From Okamejei kenojei (lineage: Eukaryota), in assembly GCA_035221665.1 (NCBI GenBank), contig CM069149.1, positions 19,282,001 to 19,346,000 on the forward strand: a stretch of DNA of 64,000 nt, given 5' to 3'. A program made the translations under genes and the position numbers. The notes below the pieces were generated by a model, which was not told the DNA's origin, searched no databases, and was given only the letters and a program-made list of their open reading frames with translations. Shown here piece by piece: positions 1 through 13,225 of this stretch. Each line of letters begins with the position of its first letter. Positions within the stretch are counted from its first letter, which is position 1.

Positions 1-975
1 TTTCCAAATTCTGATTGTACTGTATATAATTGGATTGTTGTAATTTATATTATTCATCGATATTGGAGAGAGAAGGATTTCTCCAATATTATAAGGAGAG
101 CAATCCTCTCTCTCCATAATCGTCCAATCCGGTTGTTGGGGAGAGTTATCCTGCAATTGGATCATGTTTCTGATATTTACAGACCAGTAGTAATACATAA
201 AGTTGTGGAGTGCTAATCTCCCTACTACTTTGGGTTTATTCAGATGAGCTCTTTGTATTCTGCGGGATTTATTATCCCAAATAAAATTTGTGATATCTGA
301 GTCCAGTTTTTTTTAAAAACTTTTTGGGTAAATTTATTGGGATAGATTGGAACAGGTATAAAATTTGTGGTAGAAAAATCATTTTTATGGCATTTATTCG
401 GCCTATTAAGGACATCGGAAGTGTTTTCCAAAATTTAATCAAGTTACATAGTTTCTTAAGTAGAGGGTTATAATTTTTTTCAAACATAGCTTAATATCTT
501 CTAGTAATTTCGATGCCCAAGAATTTAAATTTTTCCGTAGCTATTTTGAAAGGAAACTGTAAAAGATGCGTAGAGTCTTTTGGTTTTATTGACATGATTT
601 CACTTTTATTCCAATTTATTCTATATCCTGAGAATGATCTGAAGTCCTCTATTAATTTTAAAATATTTGGTATAGTAATATGAGGTTTTGTGATGTACAA
701 TCGTACGTCGTCAGCGTATAGTGATATTTTATAATTGGAATATTTTGTTTTATATCCATGGATATTCGGACGAGTTCTAAATCTTTCCGCTAGGGGTTCA
801 ATTATGAGGGCAAATAACAATGGTGATAATGAAAATCTTTGTCAATTTCCCCTTGACAAATGAAATTTTGTAGATAAATTATGGTTCATTAATATTCTGC
901 CTGTTGGCTTATTATGTAGTAATTTAATCCATAGAATAAAACTCTCTCCCAGTTGAAATTCTTGCAATACCCTGC
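1..975 (-). pseudogene. L1 ORF2 reverse transcriptase, C-terminal part
   Basis: LFALIIEPLA...ISLYADD...SGYRINWNKS (491-820) and GRINAIKMIFLPQILYLFQSIP (272-487). Confidence 0.9.
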
Positions 976-1124
976 AAGAATTTCATTTTCGAAAAAGAAA
1001 ATCATTTTCACATTTACTCTCATATGTGTTTTTTTTTTGATTCAAGGACTATCGCAAAGGGAATCTTTTCTGTAGGCTAACTGAACACTGTAGGGTAAAT
1101 GATCCCCCTATATCCAAAGACCTG

Positions 1125-1974
1125 CATCCAAGAAAAGGTCCATTTGCTCTTTTAAATATGTACTCCCTTGCGAGTCTTTTAAAATTTGTGGATTGCACCT
1201 CCAAAACGGTTTGTTCTTAGTCATTCCTTCCATTTTTAGAAAAAAAGTTATTGGGGAGTGATCTGAGATCATATTTGTGTGGTATTTTGGTTTAGAAGTG
1301 TGCGGTATTAGTTTTGTATCCACCAAAAAATAATCTATTCGTGAATATGTCTTGTGTACCATAGAATAGAACAAGTAATCCCTGCCGGTCGGATTTGCAA
1401 TCCTCCAGACATCTGTTAAGTTTGTGTTTTTTATGTATGTGTTTAGAAGTTCGCTAGTTTTGGATTTCGTAATACCTCTTTGTTTTTGATTGGATTTATC
1501 TAAGTACGTGTCTAAGACACAGTTAAAATCTCCGCCAATTATGACATTTTGGTAGTTATATTCTGCAATTATATTCAAGATTTTATTGAAAAGTGCGGGT
1601 TGTCAAAGTTGGGTGTGTATATGTTTACCAAGGTAATTGGGGCAGCATGGATCTCCCCGGTAACTATCAAATATCTCCCGTCCTTATCTGTTAAGGTATT
1701 TTTGAGTTTAAATGGAATGCCTTTGCGGATAATAATAGATGTTCCTCTAGATTTCAACGTATATGACGAGTTGAAAGGTTCGACCTATCCAGTTCGCCCT
1801 CAATCTAGCTTGGTCTTGAAGTTTAAGATGAGTCTCTTGTAAAAAGGTAATATCTGTGTTGTATGCTTTCAGCTGAGCTAGAATCATACCCCTTTTAATG
1901 CGTTCATTAACACCCCTAACGTTCCAACTACAAAATGAGATTCCTCCCAGTTTATTTTGGTTATCGTCTTGCAT
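1125..1974 (-). pseudogene. L1 ORF2 apurinic-like endonuclease domain, frameshifted
   Basis: ORFs 1747-1974, 1575-1757 and 1108-1578 carry SWNVRG, LQETH, DGRY, NIYTPN, GGDFN, YSRIDYF and SDHSPI. Confidence 0.9.
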
Positions 1975-2859
1975 TTTGAATAGATTTAATACCTAAGTGT
2001 CTTGCGGTGCATTCGTACCTCAGGTCTTTGGATATAGGGGGATCATTTACCCTACAGTGTTCAGTTAGTAGATTCCCTTTGCGATAGTCCTTGAATAAAA
2101 AAAACACACATGTGATTAAATGTGAAAATGATTTAAAAAAATCTAATACAAATGAGAATACAGTGTCTGAGCTTGTCGGCACTGTAACAAGTGACCCACC
2201 TGTAGGTGTGAAAAAACATTTTATTGACTTCTGTGTCGATATAAAACAAACAAATAGCTCCACTCCCTCAATTAATCATAACATATTGGAACGGGACCTG
2301 TTTAAAAAAATCAGATGTATAGTACCCATTTACAGAATATATGTCCATTTCCTAGGTATTTCCGGATATAACTATAATTTTTGTCTACTGAGTGTTAAGC
2401 GTATATTTTAACCTCAGAGATCATCAACTATTGGTTGAAGGGGTTAACCTATATCTGGCTCCTGGAACTAAGCCATAGTAGCTCGCCTCTTCCCCTCACG
2501 CCCTGGTTATAAATCTACTTAAGAATTATTAGGTTAAATTAAAGTGTTAATTTGAAAATCCCCATTTCTGCATTTCTGATTAGCATTCATTACTGTTTCT
2601 ATGTTAATATTCTATGTTAATATTGTTAAGGAAGTTAATGCGCATATATACAGCAGCAATAGCTAAGCCCAGTCTGTTGATGAGCTCTGCTTTCGGTAGT
2701 TATTTTTTTCCAGCTTCTCTTAGAACAGAGTGTGTCCTTGAGTTAGCATTCCGCCGATAAGATGTCTAAACAAAGTTCCTTCTTTGGGCAGTGTGCCACC
2801 ATTCTGGGTGCAATAGGAAAGAGAGAGAATGTCCAACCTTCCAGCTAATCCTTCTGTTC

Positions 2860-3897
2860 CATGATGCTTAGAGCATATTTGTACGCCTCCTCGGGATTTG
2901 TGAACGATTTTTGCTGTTCTTTCTAGGAGATGTGCATTCTAGCTGGGTAGTAAACACTATATCTGACCTCCTTATATCCTTGGAGAGCCTGCTTTGCCTT
3001 AGAGAATTGATTTCGCTTTTGCATGATTTCATAAGGGTAGTCCCTGAAGATTTTAAAAGTGGTTACACCATACATCGGAGGCACGCCATATTTGATATTC
3101 CCTCTTCCACGTCAGCAATGTCCCGGAATTTCACAATAATCTATCGTGTACGTTCTGAGCCATCCTGAGATTTGTGTTTGAATCTAAGAACCCGGTGTGC
3201 TGCTTCAATTTTGGTAGTTTAGGGACGTTAAGAGCCTCTTTAATTAATCCCGCAATGAACTCGCAAGTGTTATCTCTCTCGGTCTTCCTCTGGTACGCTA
3301 ACTAATCTTAAATTAGACGTCTCGAACGAGCCTCGAGGTCCAGACATGTGTCTGAAACTTTAGCCAGCTGAGTCGCCATCCGTCATGTAGCAAGGTCTTG
3401 TTCTGACCTCACCTTCTTCATCTCCTCCACCATTCTTGCCATCTCATCCTCCATCTCATGCATTGTTAACATACAGGTTGATACAGTGTCCAGCACAGCG
3501 CCAAACCTGTTCGTGGTGTCTGCTTCACCCTTATCAATTCTCTCCGATAGTTCATCTCTCACATCGTCAATTAGTTTATTAATAGTGCCAATCGAATCCT
3601 TCACAGACTCAATAACATTCTGATTACAAGAAGTCATATTTAGCGTCAGCTTTTCTATCTTTTCCATCAAAGCTTCCATCATGTGTTCCATCTTTTTTCC
3701 ATCCACCTTTACATCTTTCAGTTCACTTACCGAAAGCTTTAATTCTTCAAATTCTTTGTCCTTGGCCACATCTGCTTTGAATCTTGTAGCCACATCGAAA
3801 AGCACCTTTTCTTCGGAAGCCACTTCAAAATAAATCTGCAGGCTTCGTCTGGCTTCCCCAGAAAGTTTTGTAACTGTCCTCTAAGTGCTCTTACCCA
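2860..3897 (-). pseudogene. L1 ORF1 (coiled-coil / transposase_22-like), frameshifted
   Basis: ORF 3383-3823 is heptad/charge-rich. Downstream frames give DLEARSRR, IEAAHRV and IIVKFR, typical of L1 ORF1. Confidence 0.8.
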
Positions 3898-4104
3898 TGG
3901 AAGAATTTTTCATTTAAAGTGCTTTAAGCCTCTGTTAAATTCACAGCTGTTACAGATGATGTTATCAGCAAGTCGAGCAGAGGCTCCGATAAGTTTTTGA
4001 AATTGGTCCCGACCTGTAGACCCGGTTTTTAACGCGAAAAATCGCGAATTTTAGGGAGTGGAGCTATGTGCAGTGTCTGTTAAGATAACATGGCGCCACC
4101 GGAA

Positions 4105-6767
4105 TTTTTTTAATCAAAACATTTTAATGAATCAATTCAGTTGCCCATCCTGCGGTTGCGAGGATATGTTCGATGGGAATATCCATTGCCCTGGCCGCTA
4201 ACATTGATGCTGCCCTGGTGGAATGAAATATACAATCGTCAGTGTTAATACCTGCGCCACCTTGAAATAGTCTGAACCGACCTTCCTTTGTGTGGTTTTT
4301 TGTTGCTTAATAAATAAAGCTGATTCCACACTTCTTAGGATTCTGGTGGGCTTGATATAATATAGCAAGCCTGCCCTCCCACATAGACGTTAGTCCGTAG
4401 GGTATCCGAAAAATTATCTTAATCCTGCCACCCCTGGTCTGCTCTGCTTGTGTAGATCAGAAATGTAAAAAGTAATGGCACCTGCAGCCAATTCCATCCT
4501 ATCTAGCCACAGCGTTTGCAATGTTTGCCCTCGTTGTGCTGATATTAGTGTCATGACTAAGGATATAGCTGGAACCCCCTGGTGAAGTAATGTTAACACA
4601 TTTTCAATATCCAACCTGCATATTCTTGTAGTGGGAGAACTTGTGTCAAGATCTCTTTTACAACTCGATATCCGGGGTTGAACCGAACAGAGTGGTTCCC
4701 ATTTGTTGCAGCTGTAGTGGCTCTATAACTGAATTATTGTCAAAGACCATTTAAGAATGAACTGGAAGACATCAGTAATCTGTACCGTATTAAATGTAAC
4801 ATTAACATTTAAACAAAACCGCTTCCAATCCCCTCAGTAGGAATGTACTGCTTTTTTGGGTGCTATCCCTGCAATCTGTAGTGAGCACATCCATGGCTTG
4901 ATGTGACAACCTGTGCCGTAAGTCAATCCATTCAGAATGTGTAAGTCAATAATTGTTTTATTATGCAGAGTCCGGTTTCCTGATCCACAGTTTGAACCAG
5001 CAAAGTTTTCATTTTTTAGAATAACCGTATACCGTTGTATTATTATGTCTGACGAATGCAGGCAACACGGCTGCTTAGCCAGTCCGACAGTACGAACCTA
5101 AAGCGAGGTCTTGCTGACTGTTTTAAGACCCGACTAATGAGGCAAAATGGAGGAAGACATAAAAGAACATTCCTCCTTTTTGTAGTGAGAATGTATTTCT
5201 CCACACTGTTGTGCCACATATTTTTGCAATCAGTGAATAACATGAAACCAACATGTCGATATTCGATGTAGCATTGAACCATACTTTCACAATACTTTGA
5301 GATCCAATACCTATTCTGTGTTGTCATCGATCTGAACTGGATGATACACCAGTGGCAAAGGAGATTAGGTAAATTATTACAGGATACTTTTACTTGATTG
5401 CCATGTGACTAACATATGCCACCACCGTAGTGTAGCAACTTGAAGTTGAACATGTAGATTATGTACATTCGCTCAATAGCCCTTTGCCCATGGGGTGCAT
5501 CTAGTGTATATATTTAGTTGATACCAGCAACTGAAGAATTGGTAACTCATGCAAATCTCCACTACCTCCAACTAGAGATGGTATTCGGAACTTCTCACCT
5601 TAGAGCCCTAGCATCAGTTTGTAATAACTGAATTCGACCGACCAAACTACTGGAGCTGAATACTGTTTGCTATTATCAGCTTCAGCTGATAATAACATAA
5701 GGTTGTTAACAATGGTCTACATGTCCTTTGAGAGGTCGCTACTTTGCACTATATCAGTTCCTTGATTTGCACAGCTGACACACAGCTACTATATTGCCAA
5801 TTACTCTTGATGAAATAGAAGTCAGTTTTATAACAGGTTGTTAATAACTCCAATCTCTTGCCACAGGGGGGAATCATAGGCTAATTAATAGTTAAAGGTA
5901 AATCCCAATGGGCAACAACCAGTTTATCCCTTCCGCAATGTTTGCCGGCAATATCACAAATGAAACAGCCCTGTCCCAGGCACTGCTGGCATGGCTCTCC
6001 TATAGGCCGGCGCTTTCATACATGAAGCAGCCCTGCCAGGCGCTGCTGGCACGGCCTGTCCCATAGCCCGCGCTATTACAGTGTAGGCTCACTAAATCAA
6101 ATTTTTAGTGTAGAACTTTACCTGTGAAGGGTTAAAGCAATTTTAACCCTTCACAGCAACTTGTGCTAAACAAGAAAGAATTTCATTGTCAGGGACGCAT
6201 GACAATAAACTTTTTTGACTTTTAACTTTGATTTTAACTTTTGACTTTAAGAAAAACACTAACTTACGTGTAAACTTTATCATTAGAGAAAAACCCTTGC
6301 AGCCCGACTCACCCGAGTCCAAAGGGCTGAATAAGTCCTTTCTCCACCAATTTTACTCCCTGCCTAGGGACCGACGTCAGTGAGCCGATGACCGCACTAT
6401 CAGCGACTCTGGCGTTACTTACTTGGCATTACACGGCATCCCCGCAGGTTGGAAGCCACTGACTGCCTTGTCTGTGGCTGCTTATCTCACAACCCGATCT
6501 TTTGCCGGTTATCCGCTTCCGCGGTCGGACCGGGGTTTCCCCACAGTTCATAACCGGCTCACTCATTGGGCTATGCAACTGGCAGGAAAACCTCTGTGAA
6601 GAGAGGCTCCTGCTTGAAAAAAAACCCTGGTAAGTAAAAACGAACTTACCTTCTAGGAGCGCTGCCCTGCCAGTCTGGTGCTTGTGCCAATGCGGCTGAC
6701 GTACTGACGCGCATGCGGACTGGCTGGGCTTCTTCACGTAACCACTCACGTAATTCCGAAATGAAAT
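4105..6767 (-). mobile_element. Decayed DIRS1-type tyrosine-recombinase retrotransposon, interrupted by the L1
   Basis: YR remnants (HSTRAA at about 4205-4226; LISAQRGQTL), an MT-like remnant (PPFCLISRVL), and a 5' terminus at 6640-6767 homologous to 62785-62907. Confidence 0.8.
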
Positions 6768-6799
6768 AGCCTGATGGCTGTAAGGTATATATGGGTATG

Positions 6800-9110
6800 G
6801 TGGGCCAAAGTACAACTCTTACGACTTTATGATCTGATTCCAATCTACCACATGCGGACACCGACGTGGCACTATTGACCCTACACGATGTGCTATGTCG
6901 ACATCAAAACAAGAACCCGGATGCGGCTATGGTGGTGGCTGGAATTTTAATAAATCAAATCTCAAGAAGGTCATGCCGAACTTCTACCAACACATCACGT
7001 GTGCCACCAGGGGGGAAAAGAACGCCACTGCTATACATTTACAAGCCTCCTCCCTTCCCTTAGGAAAATCTGACCGGAGTATAAACAGAGGATAGCTTGA
7101 GAAGCGGCAGTGACGAGGGACGTAAAGTGGTGGTCCGACCAGTCAGAGGCCATGCTGCACGATGCACTGACAGATGTCGACTGGAATATGTTCCAACATC
7201 CAAGCAAGTTCCAGTGATGTCAGTGAGTTCGCGGAAGCGGTTACGGACTTCATCGCAACAATAGCCGATAACATCGTCCCCATGGTAAGGGTTAGCACCA
7301 TTCCAAATCAAACACCCTGGGTGGACAGGTCCGTTCGTGTTGCCTTGAATGCTCGCACCGCTGCCTACAACTCTGGCCTGGCATCAGCAAACATGGACGT
7401 CTACAAGGTAGAGTCCTACCGACTGCGAAGGGCGGTGAAGGATGCAAAAATTATGTACAGGGACATGATGGAGTCACAGATGGAGCAGCAGGACACCAGA
7501 CGCCTGTGGCAGGGGCTACGGACTGTAACCAACTACCGGAGCAGACCCCCCCCCCCTCAACCAGAAGTGCCAGCACCTCCCTAGCTGATGACTTGAACTC
7601 CTTCTACGCTCGTTTCGAGAAGGGCAACATCACCCCAGGCTTGCCCGCTAACGACAACACTGCCAGCATGCTGGCTATCGAAGCTGAAGGGAGGTCCATC
7701 GTTGGGGATGTGCACACATTCCCGTTGACCAAGCACGATGTGAGGAGGGTTCTGACACGGGTGAACACGAGGAAAGCTGTAGGCCCAGATGGCATCTCGG
7801 GGCGAGTACTTAAGTCTTGTGCTATGCAGCTAGCTCCGGTGCTCACTACAATATTCAAACTCTCCCTGGCCAAGTCCATGGTCCCTGCCTGCTTCAAAAG
7901 ATCCATCATTTTACCTGTACCTAAAAATGCCTTACCAGCTTGTCTGAATGACTATTGTCCGGTGGCCCTCACCTCAGTAGTCATGAAATGCTTTGAGAGG
8001 CTGGTCAAGAAACACATCTGCTCCTTCCTCCCTCGCAACATGGACCCGCTACAATTCGCATACCGTCCGAACAGATCCAGAGACGATGCGGTCTCCCAGG
8101 TTCTGCACATCGCTCTCTCTCACCTTGACAGCCAGAAGGGGGGCTATGTGAGGATGCTGTTCATAGACTTCAGTCCAACTTCAACACGATAGTCCTCACC
8201 AGACTTGCTGAGAAGCTGCTGGAATTGGGGCTCAACACGCCTCCCGTGTGTCTGGGTCCTGGACGTTCTCACCGCCAGGCCCCAGGTAGTCAAGATGGGA
8301 AGAAATACATCGAAGTCCCGCACCCTGAGCACAGGATCCCCCCAGGGTTGCGTCCTCAGCCCCCTATTGTACTCCCTGTACACACATGACTATGTGGCTA
8401 AGTTCAGCTCCAACTCTATAATCATTTGCTGATGACACTGTGGTGGTGGGCCTAATCTCCAATAACGATGAGAAGGCCTTACTGGGAGGAGGTGTCTGAT
8501 CTCACACTCTGGTGTCAGGACAACAGCCTCCTCTTGAATATCAAAAAAACGAAGGAGCTGATCGTGGACTTTAGGATGGCACATCATCTGAGGGCGTACC
8601 ATTGAAGATAAATGGGGATACTGTGGATAGGGTGAGCTGCTTTAAATACCTGGGAGTCCACATCTCAGAGGATCTGACATGGACATCACACGCTGCAGCT
8701 CTGGTGAATAAGGCAAGGCAGCGCCTTTATCACCTCAGGCAATTGAGGAAATTCAGAGTGTCTCTGAGGATCCTCCAGTGCTTCTACTCAATGGCTGTGG
8801 AAAGCATCTTGTCTGGAAACATCACGATTTGGTTTGGGAACTGCTCTGCCCAGGACAAGAAGGCCCTGCAGAGAGTAGTGCGTTCGGCCGAACGCACTGT
8901 GGGAACTACACTTACAAGTCTTTTTAAAACTGCTATTTTTTCTTTTTTTTTCCACCCACAAATATGTAATATGTGAATATGTGATTCTGTTCCATTCTGT
9001 TTTGTAGTTTTTTTGCACAATTCACAAGCATTGCCACTTTTCATTTCACTGCACATCTCGTATGTGTACGTGACAAATAAACCTGACTTGACTTGACTTG
9101 ACATGACATG
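6800..9110 (+). mobile_element. Rex1/Babar-like LINE, 5' truncated and frameshifted
   Basis: EN tail (PDAAMVVAG), RT motifs ([53 protein letters not shown]) and an (ACTTG)n tail at about 9085-9110. Confidence 0.85.
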
Positions 9111-10044
9111 ACACTGTCTGTTAAAATTTACCCCATTATATCTGCTGTTTCTACAAACTACTTCCATTCCCTTTCACATGCTCCAAGAAATTACTGGAAT
9201 CCATCATTCTATTTTCTCAACCAAGTACGATGACATAGATCTCTAGCTAAAAAAAACAGCTAACTGGAAGCAACTTCTAAAATATCGGCTTTCTTATATT
9301 CTTGCTGCTTCTGTGACTATGACCTGATGAATCTCTGCGTGATATGCACTAGAATTAATCAATTTATTGTTTAAAAAAATGTAAGACCTGTCAGCATGAG
9401 AAAAGGAAGTACTTCAAGTGAAGTAACAAAAGTGAGTCTTCAACAGTTAGTTTTGGGAACTCGTGGCATTATCCATTATGATGCATTGTTCAAGTGATTT
9501 TTAATGAACATAATTAATCTCTGTTGTCACGTTGTTCCCGTTCTTTCTTGAAATAAATGAATCGATGCATGTTACTATAAATAAAACATTTAATCTGATC
9601 ACGGATGGAAGTTCTAAATATTTAATAACCTGTGTAGGTGCTGTTTCTTAGAATCAAGAAGGGTCCCGACCCAAAACATCCCCTATCCTTTATTTCCAGA
9701 GATGCTGCCTGACCCGTCGAGTTATTTCAACACATTGTGCCTACTTTAGAAATTAAAGTTCTTCTTTCTGAAATCCTGCCAGAAATAATGACACAGTGAA
9801 TTCAAACAGTTTCCGTTCTTAACTTTCACTAAGTTAGTCTCTTCCATGGAATGTGGCATTGTTATTAACGGCCATATTTATAGGCGCCAATCCAAGATGG
9901 CAGCCATTGCCAGACCAGAAAAACAATTTGACAATGCCTGCAGCTAATAATCAATCCCAGAAACCAACAAGGTCATAGATTGCCTTCTGCTACATCAACT
10001 GTGCCCTATGCTGGAATCTGCTGCTTCACAGCAGGAGTTAACTT

Positions 10045-10450
10045 GCTGGAGTTTAGAAGGATGAGGGGGCAACCTCATTGAAACTTAACAAATAGTGAAA
10101 GGCCATGGATGTGGAGAGAATGTTTCCACTAGTGGGAGAGTCTAGGACCAGAGGTCATAGTCTCAGAATAAAATGACGTATCTTCAGAAATGAGATGAGG
10201 AGGAATTTCTTTGCTCAGAAGGTGGTGAATCTGTGAAGTTCATTAATTCATTGCCACAGATGGCTGTGGAGGCCAAGTCAATGGATATTTTTAAAGCACA
10301 AATTAATTAGCACAGGTATCAGCGGTTATGGGGAAAAGGCAGGAGAATGGGTTGAGATTGAAAGATAGATCAGCCATGATTGAATGGCAAAGTAGACTTG
10401 ATGGGCCCAGTGGTTTAATTCTGCTCCTATAACTTATAAACTTATGAACA
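10045..10450 (+). mobile_element. CR1 LINE 3' fragment
   Basis: Typical CR1 3' sequence (ggagtttagaaggatgagggg...agggtggtgaatctg...ctgctcctataacttat). Confidence 0.75.
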
Positions 10451-11384
10451 GTTCCATCAACCCAGGTATGAACATACCCTCAGATGCCGCCAGTGGGGAA
10501 TGTTGCACGTTCTTCCCTGTGGCCATGTGGGTTTCCCTTGGGTGTTGAGGTTTCCTCCTGCATCTCAAAGAAGTTTAGTTTAATTTAGTTCAGAAGGACA
10601 ACATGGAAACAGGCATGCGGTTAGGCTGCTAAAACACTTGACAGCAGTTGCGGCGAACAAGCTGTGAACAAGATGTGAGAGTTATGAGCATAATCACGAT
10701 ACATATAAATAAGCAGTATTGATATTAATTCCCTTATTTACACATGTATTGGGATTATGTTTCCATAAGGAGTGTGCTTAATTCTCAGATCTACCTTCAG
10801 AAGAATAGCATGGATCAAATCACCTGTGCACTAATAAGAACAAAACATTTTTGTCAGAGCTCTCCCCTAAAGTTTTGTGTTGAACAAATGGTTCAAGGGG
10901 CATCTTACACTAAGCCAACATGGTTTTGTAGTGCCCAGTATCCGTGTGGTAGTTAATTCACAATACATGAGTCAAAGGGCCTTTTGCTGTGCTATCCCAT
11001 ACTGTTCTAAGTATATCTATGCCAATGTCCAGATCATTGTGTGCAGACCAGGGATTGTCCAACAAACATGGATAAGGGTCTGGATGAAATTCAGGCAAGG
11101 CAGCCTTCCTGTGTTAATGTACAAAATGTAAGCAAAATGCAAGGACTTCACTCCTTTCATTAATCATTGGTGCCACTAGGAAGGCCAGCATTTTTCCTCA
11201 AAAGGACAGAAGAGTTTTAATAGCTTTGGAAACGCCAGTACAGAGTTGAAGTATCTGACTATTAAAACGATCATCTATTTCCTTCGCTCCATAGATGCTG
11301 CCTCAGCCTCTGAGTTTCTCCAGCATTTTTGTCTACCATTAAAATGATAATAATCAATCTACTGCCTTATCACAATTCAAAAGG

Positions 11385-13225
11385 TGTCAAGACAATAACC
11401 TCTCCCTCAATGTCCGCAAGACGAAGGAGCTAGTTATCAACCTCAGGAAATGTTGTGGAGTACATGCCCCAAACAGTATCAATGGTGCCAAAGTGGGAAT
11501 GGTTGAGAGCTTCAAGTTCGTCGGCGCTAATATTACCCGCGATCTGTCGTGGACCAACCACATTGATAAAACTTCCTGAAGAGACTGAGAAAATCTGGCA
11601 TGACTCCAATGACACTTACAAACTTCTACAGATGCACCATAGAAAGTATACTGTCGGGTTGTATCACAACTTGGTTTGGGAACAGCTCTGTCCAAGACTG
11701 GCAGAAATTCCAGAGAGTAGTAGATGTTGTCCAGTCCATCGCACAGACCAGTCATTCTGTCCACACCATGCTGCCTTGGAAAATCAGCCAAAGAAATCCA
11801 AGACGTCCCACCCGGGCATTCCTTCTACTCCCTACTCCATTTGGACAGAAGGTACAGAAGTTTAAAAACACACACCACCAGACTCAGGAACAGCTTCCTC
11901 TGTTATCAGGTTTCTGAACAGTCCTTCTATAAGCCAGGGAACTATCTAATTCACCATAACCCCTTTGTGGACTGGACTTTGTCCATGAAGCTGATGTGTT
12001 ACAATGTTGAGAACTATATGCTGCACTCCGTATCTTCCCCTTTGCTCTATCTATTGTTACTGAGTTTTACGTGATTTTATCTATGTAGCAATGTTATAAA
12101 ATTTAGAGATTTTAAAAATCAAGTTTGCAATTTATCCCATCAGATAAAGCATAAAAAGAAGTTTAATTTGACACCTAATTCACTTTCATATCTTCAGTAT
12201 TAAAAAGGTTATGGCCATTTTCATACTTGGAAATTAGCATCTTGTTCCCTATTGCTTTTCCATTGACTTAACACAAAAGTTGTGATCGAGGACAGTCAAA
12301 AGCCCATAACTTTCTTAAAAATTAAGAGAACTGAAAGAAATTTTCAGTTATTATAGGTTGAAGCATTCTGAAACAAATATGAAACAATCTTACTTGGATG
12401 ACTGAAATTAAAACATATAATTAGTTAGTTACCCAATTGTAGCTAATTACAAAATTCAATTACCAGATCTAAACATCTATCCATTTCTTAAGAAAATATT
12501 AACATTTTTTAAAAAGCCTAAGTGTCCAAATAACATTCACACAGGAATTCACAATATAACATGATTTTTAAATCTCATTGTCATGAATTTATAGGCCAAA
12601 TTGAAGGAATTTAGTGTTTAATGCCCATAAATTAATGGCCATCAGCTTACGAGTGGAATTTTATGGAACGCGATGGATTGGAACGTTGCGGTTACAGTGA
12701 ATTTAAACCCCATATCGGCAGGAAAAATACTGCCAGTTCGTATGGGGAATAAATCATCGTTTCGCAACATGAAATTTGGATTAAGATCATCTTAACAAGC
12801 AAGTTTATATGAAAAAATAAACTGCTTTTCTTTACCTGTCCCCTACGTGAAATCCGTCCCCGTTGTCGGCGCTCACGACAGTAGAAGAAAATGTTTATAT
12901 TACTCCAGCGCTGAAATTGTCAGGCGATTTAAAAAAAAAAATTCACATACCGGCAGTCGGAACAAATCTTTAGCAAAAGCTCACACCCCGAGAAAATAAA
13001 ACTCCAGAAGGCAGGGGAAAACCGCATTTTAACCCCGCCCCCCCCCAAAGACGCCAAAGTCGCGCACACGGCCAGTGACAGAACTGCAGTGCCGCTGAAG
13101 GTAAGTTTTGTAACATACCTAACCTATGTATAGCATATCTGATCTGTTTGGATAACATGTAAAACTAAGCTTTTCACAATACCTTGATACACCTGACAAT
13201 AATGGATCTAATACTAAACCTGAAA
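11385..13225 (+). mobile_element. Rex1/Babar-like LINE 3' fragment, interrupted by a DNA transposon in its 3' UTR
   Basis: FYRCTIESILSGCITTWFGN motif. The 3' UTR resumes at 13122 and ends ...gacaataat...aaacctgaa. Confidence 0.75.
12086..13121. mobile_element. Non-autonomous TIR DNA transposon (hAT-like TAG...CTA ends)
   Basis: Imperfect TIRs TAGCAATGTTATAAAA / TTTTGTAACATACCTA. Flanks ATCTATG / ACCTATG resemble a degenerate TSD. It splits the Rex 3' UTR. Confidence 0.65.

Larger units (their letters stand above)
1..4104 (-). mobile_element. L1-clade LINE with intact 5' end, internally rearranged; 3' part runs off the window
   Basis: The minus strand starts TTCCGGTGGCGCCATG (L1-like CpG-rich 5' end) next to a TT/AAAA-like target. 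It then carries a coiled-coil ORF1, an APE endonuclease (SWNVRG, FLQETH, GGDFN, YSRIDY, SDH) and RT (LYADD). Confidence 0.9.
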
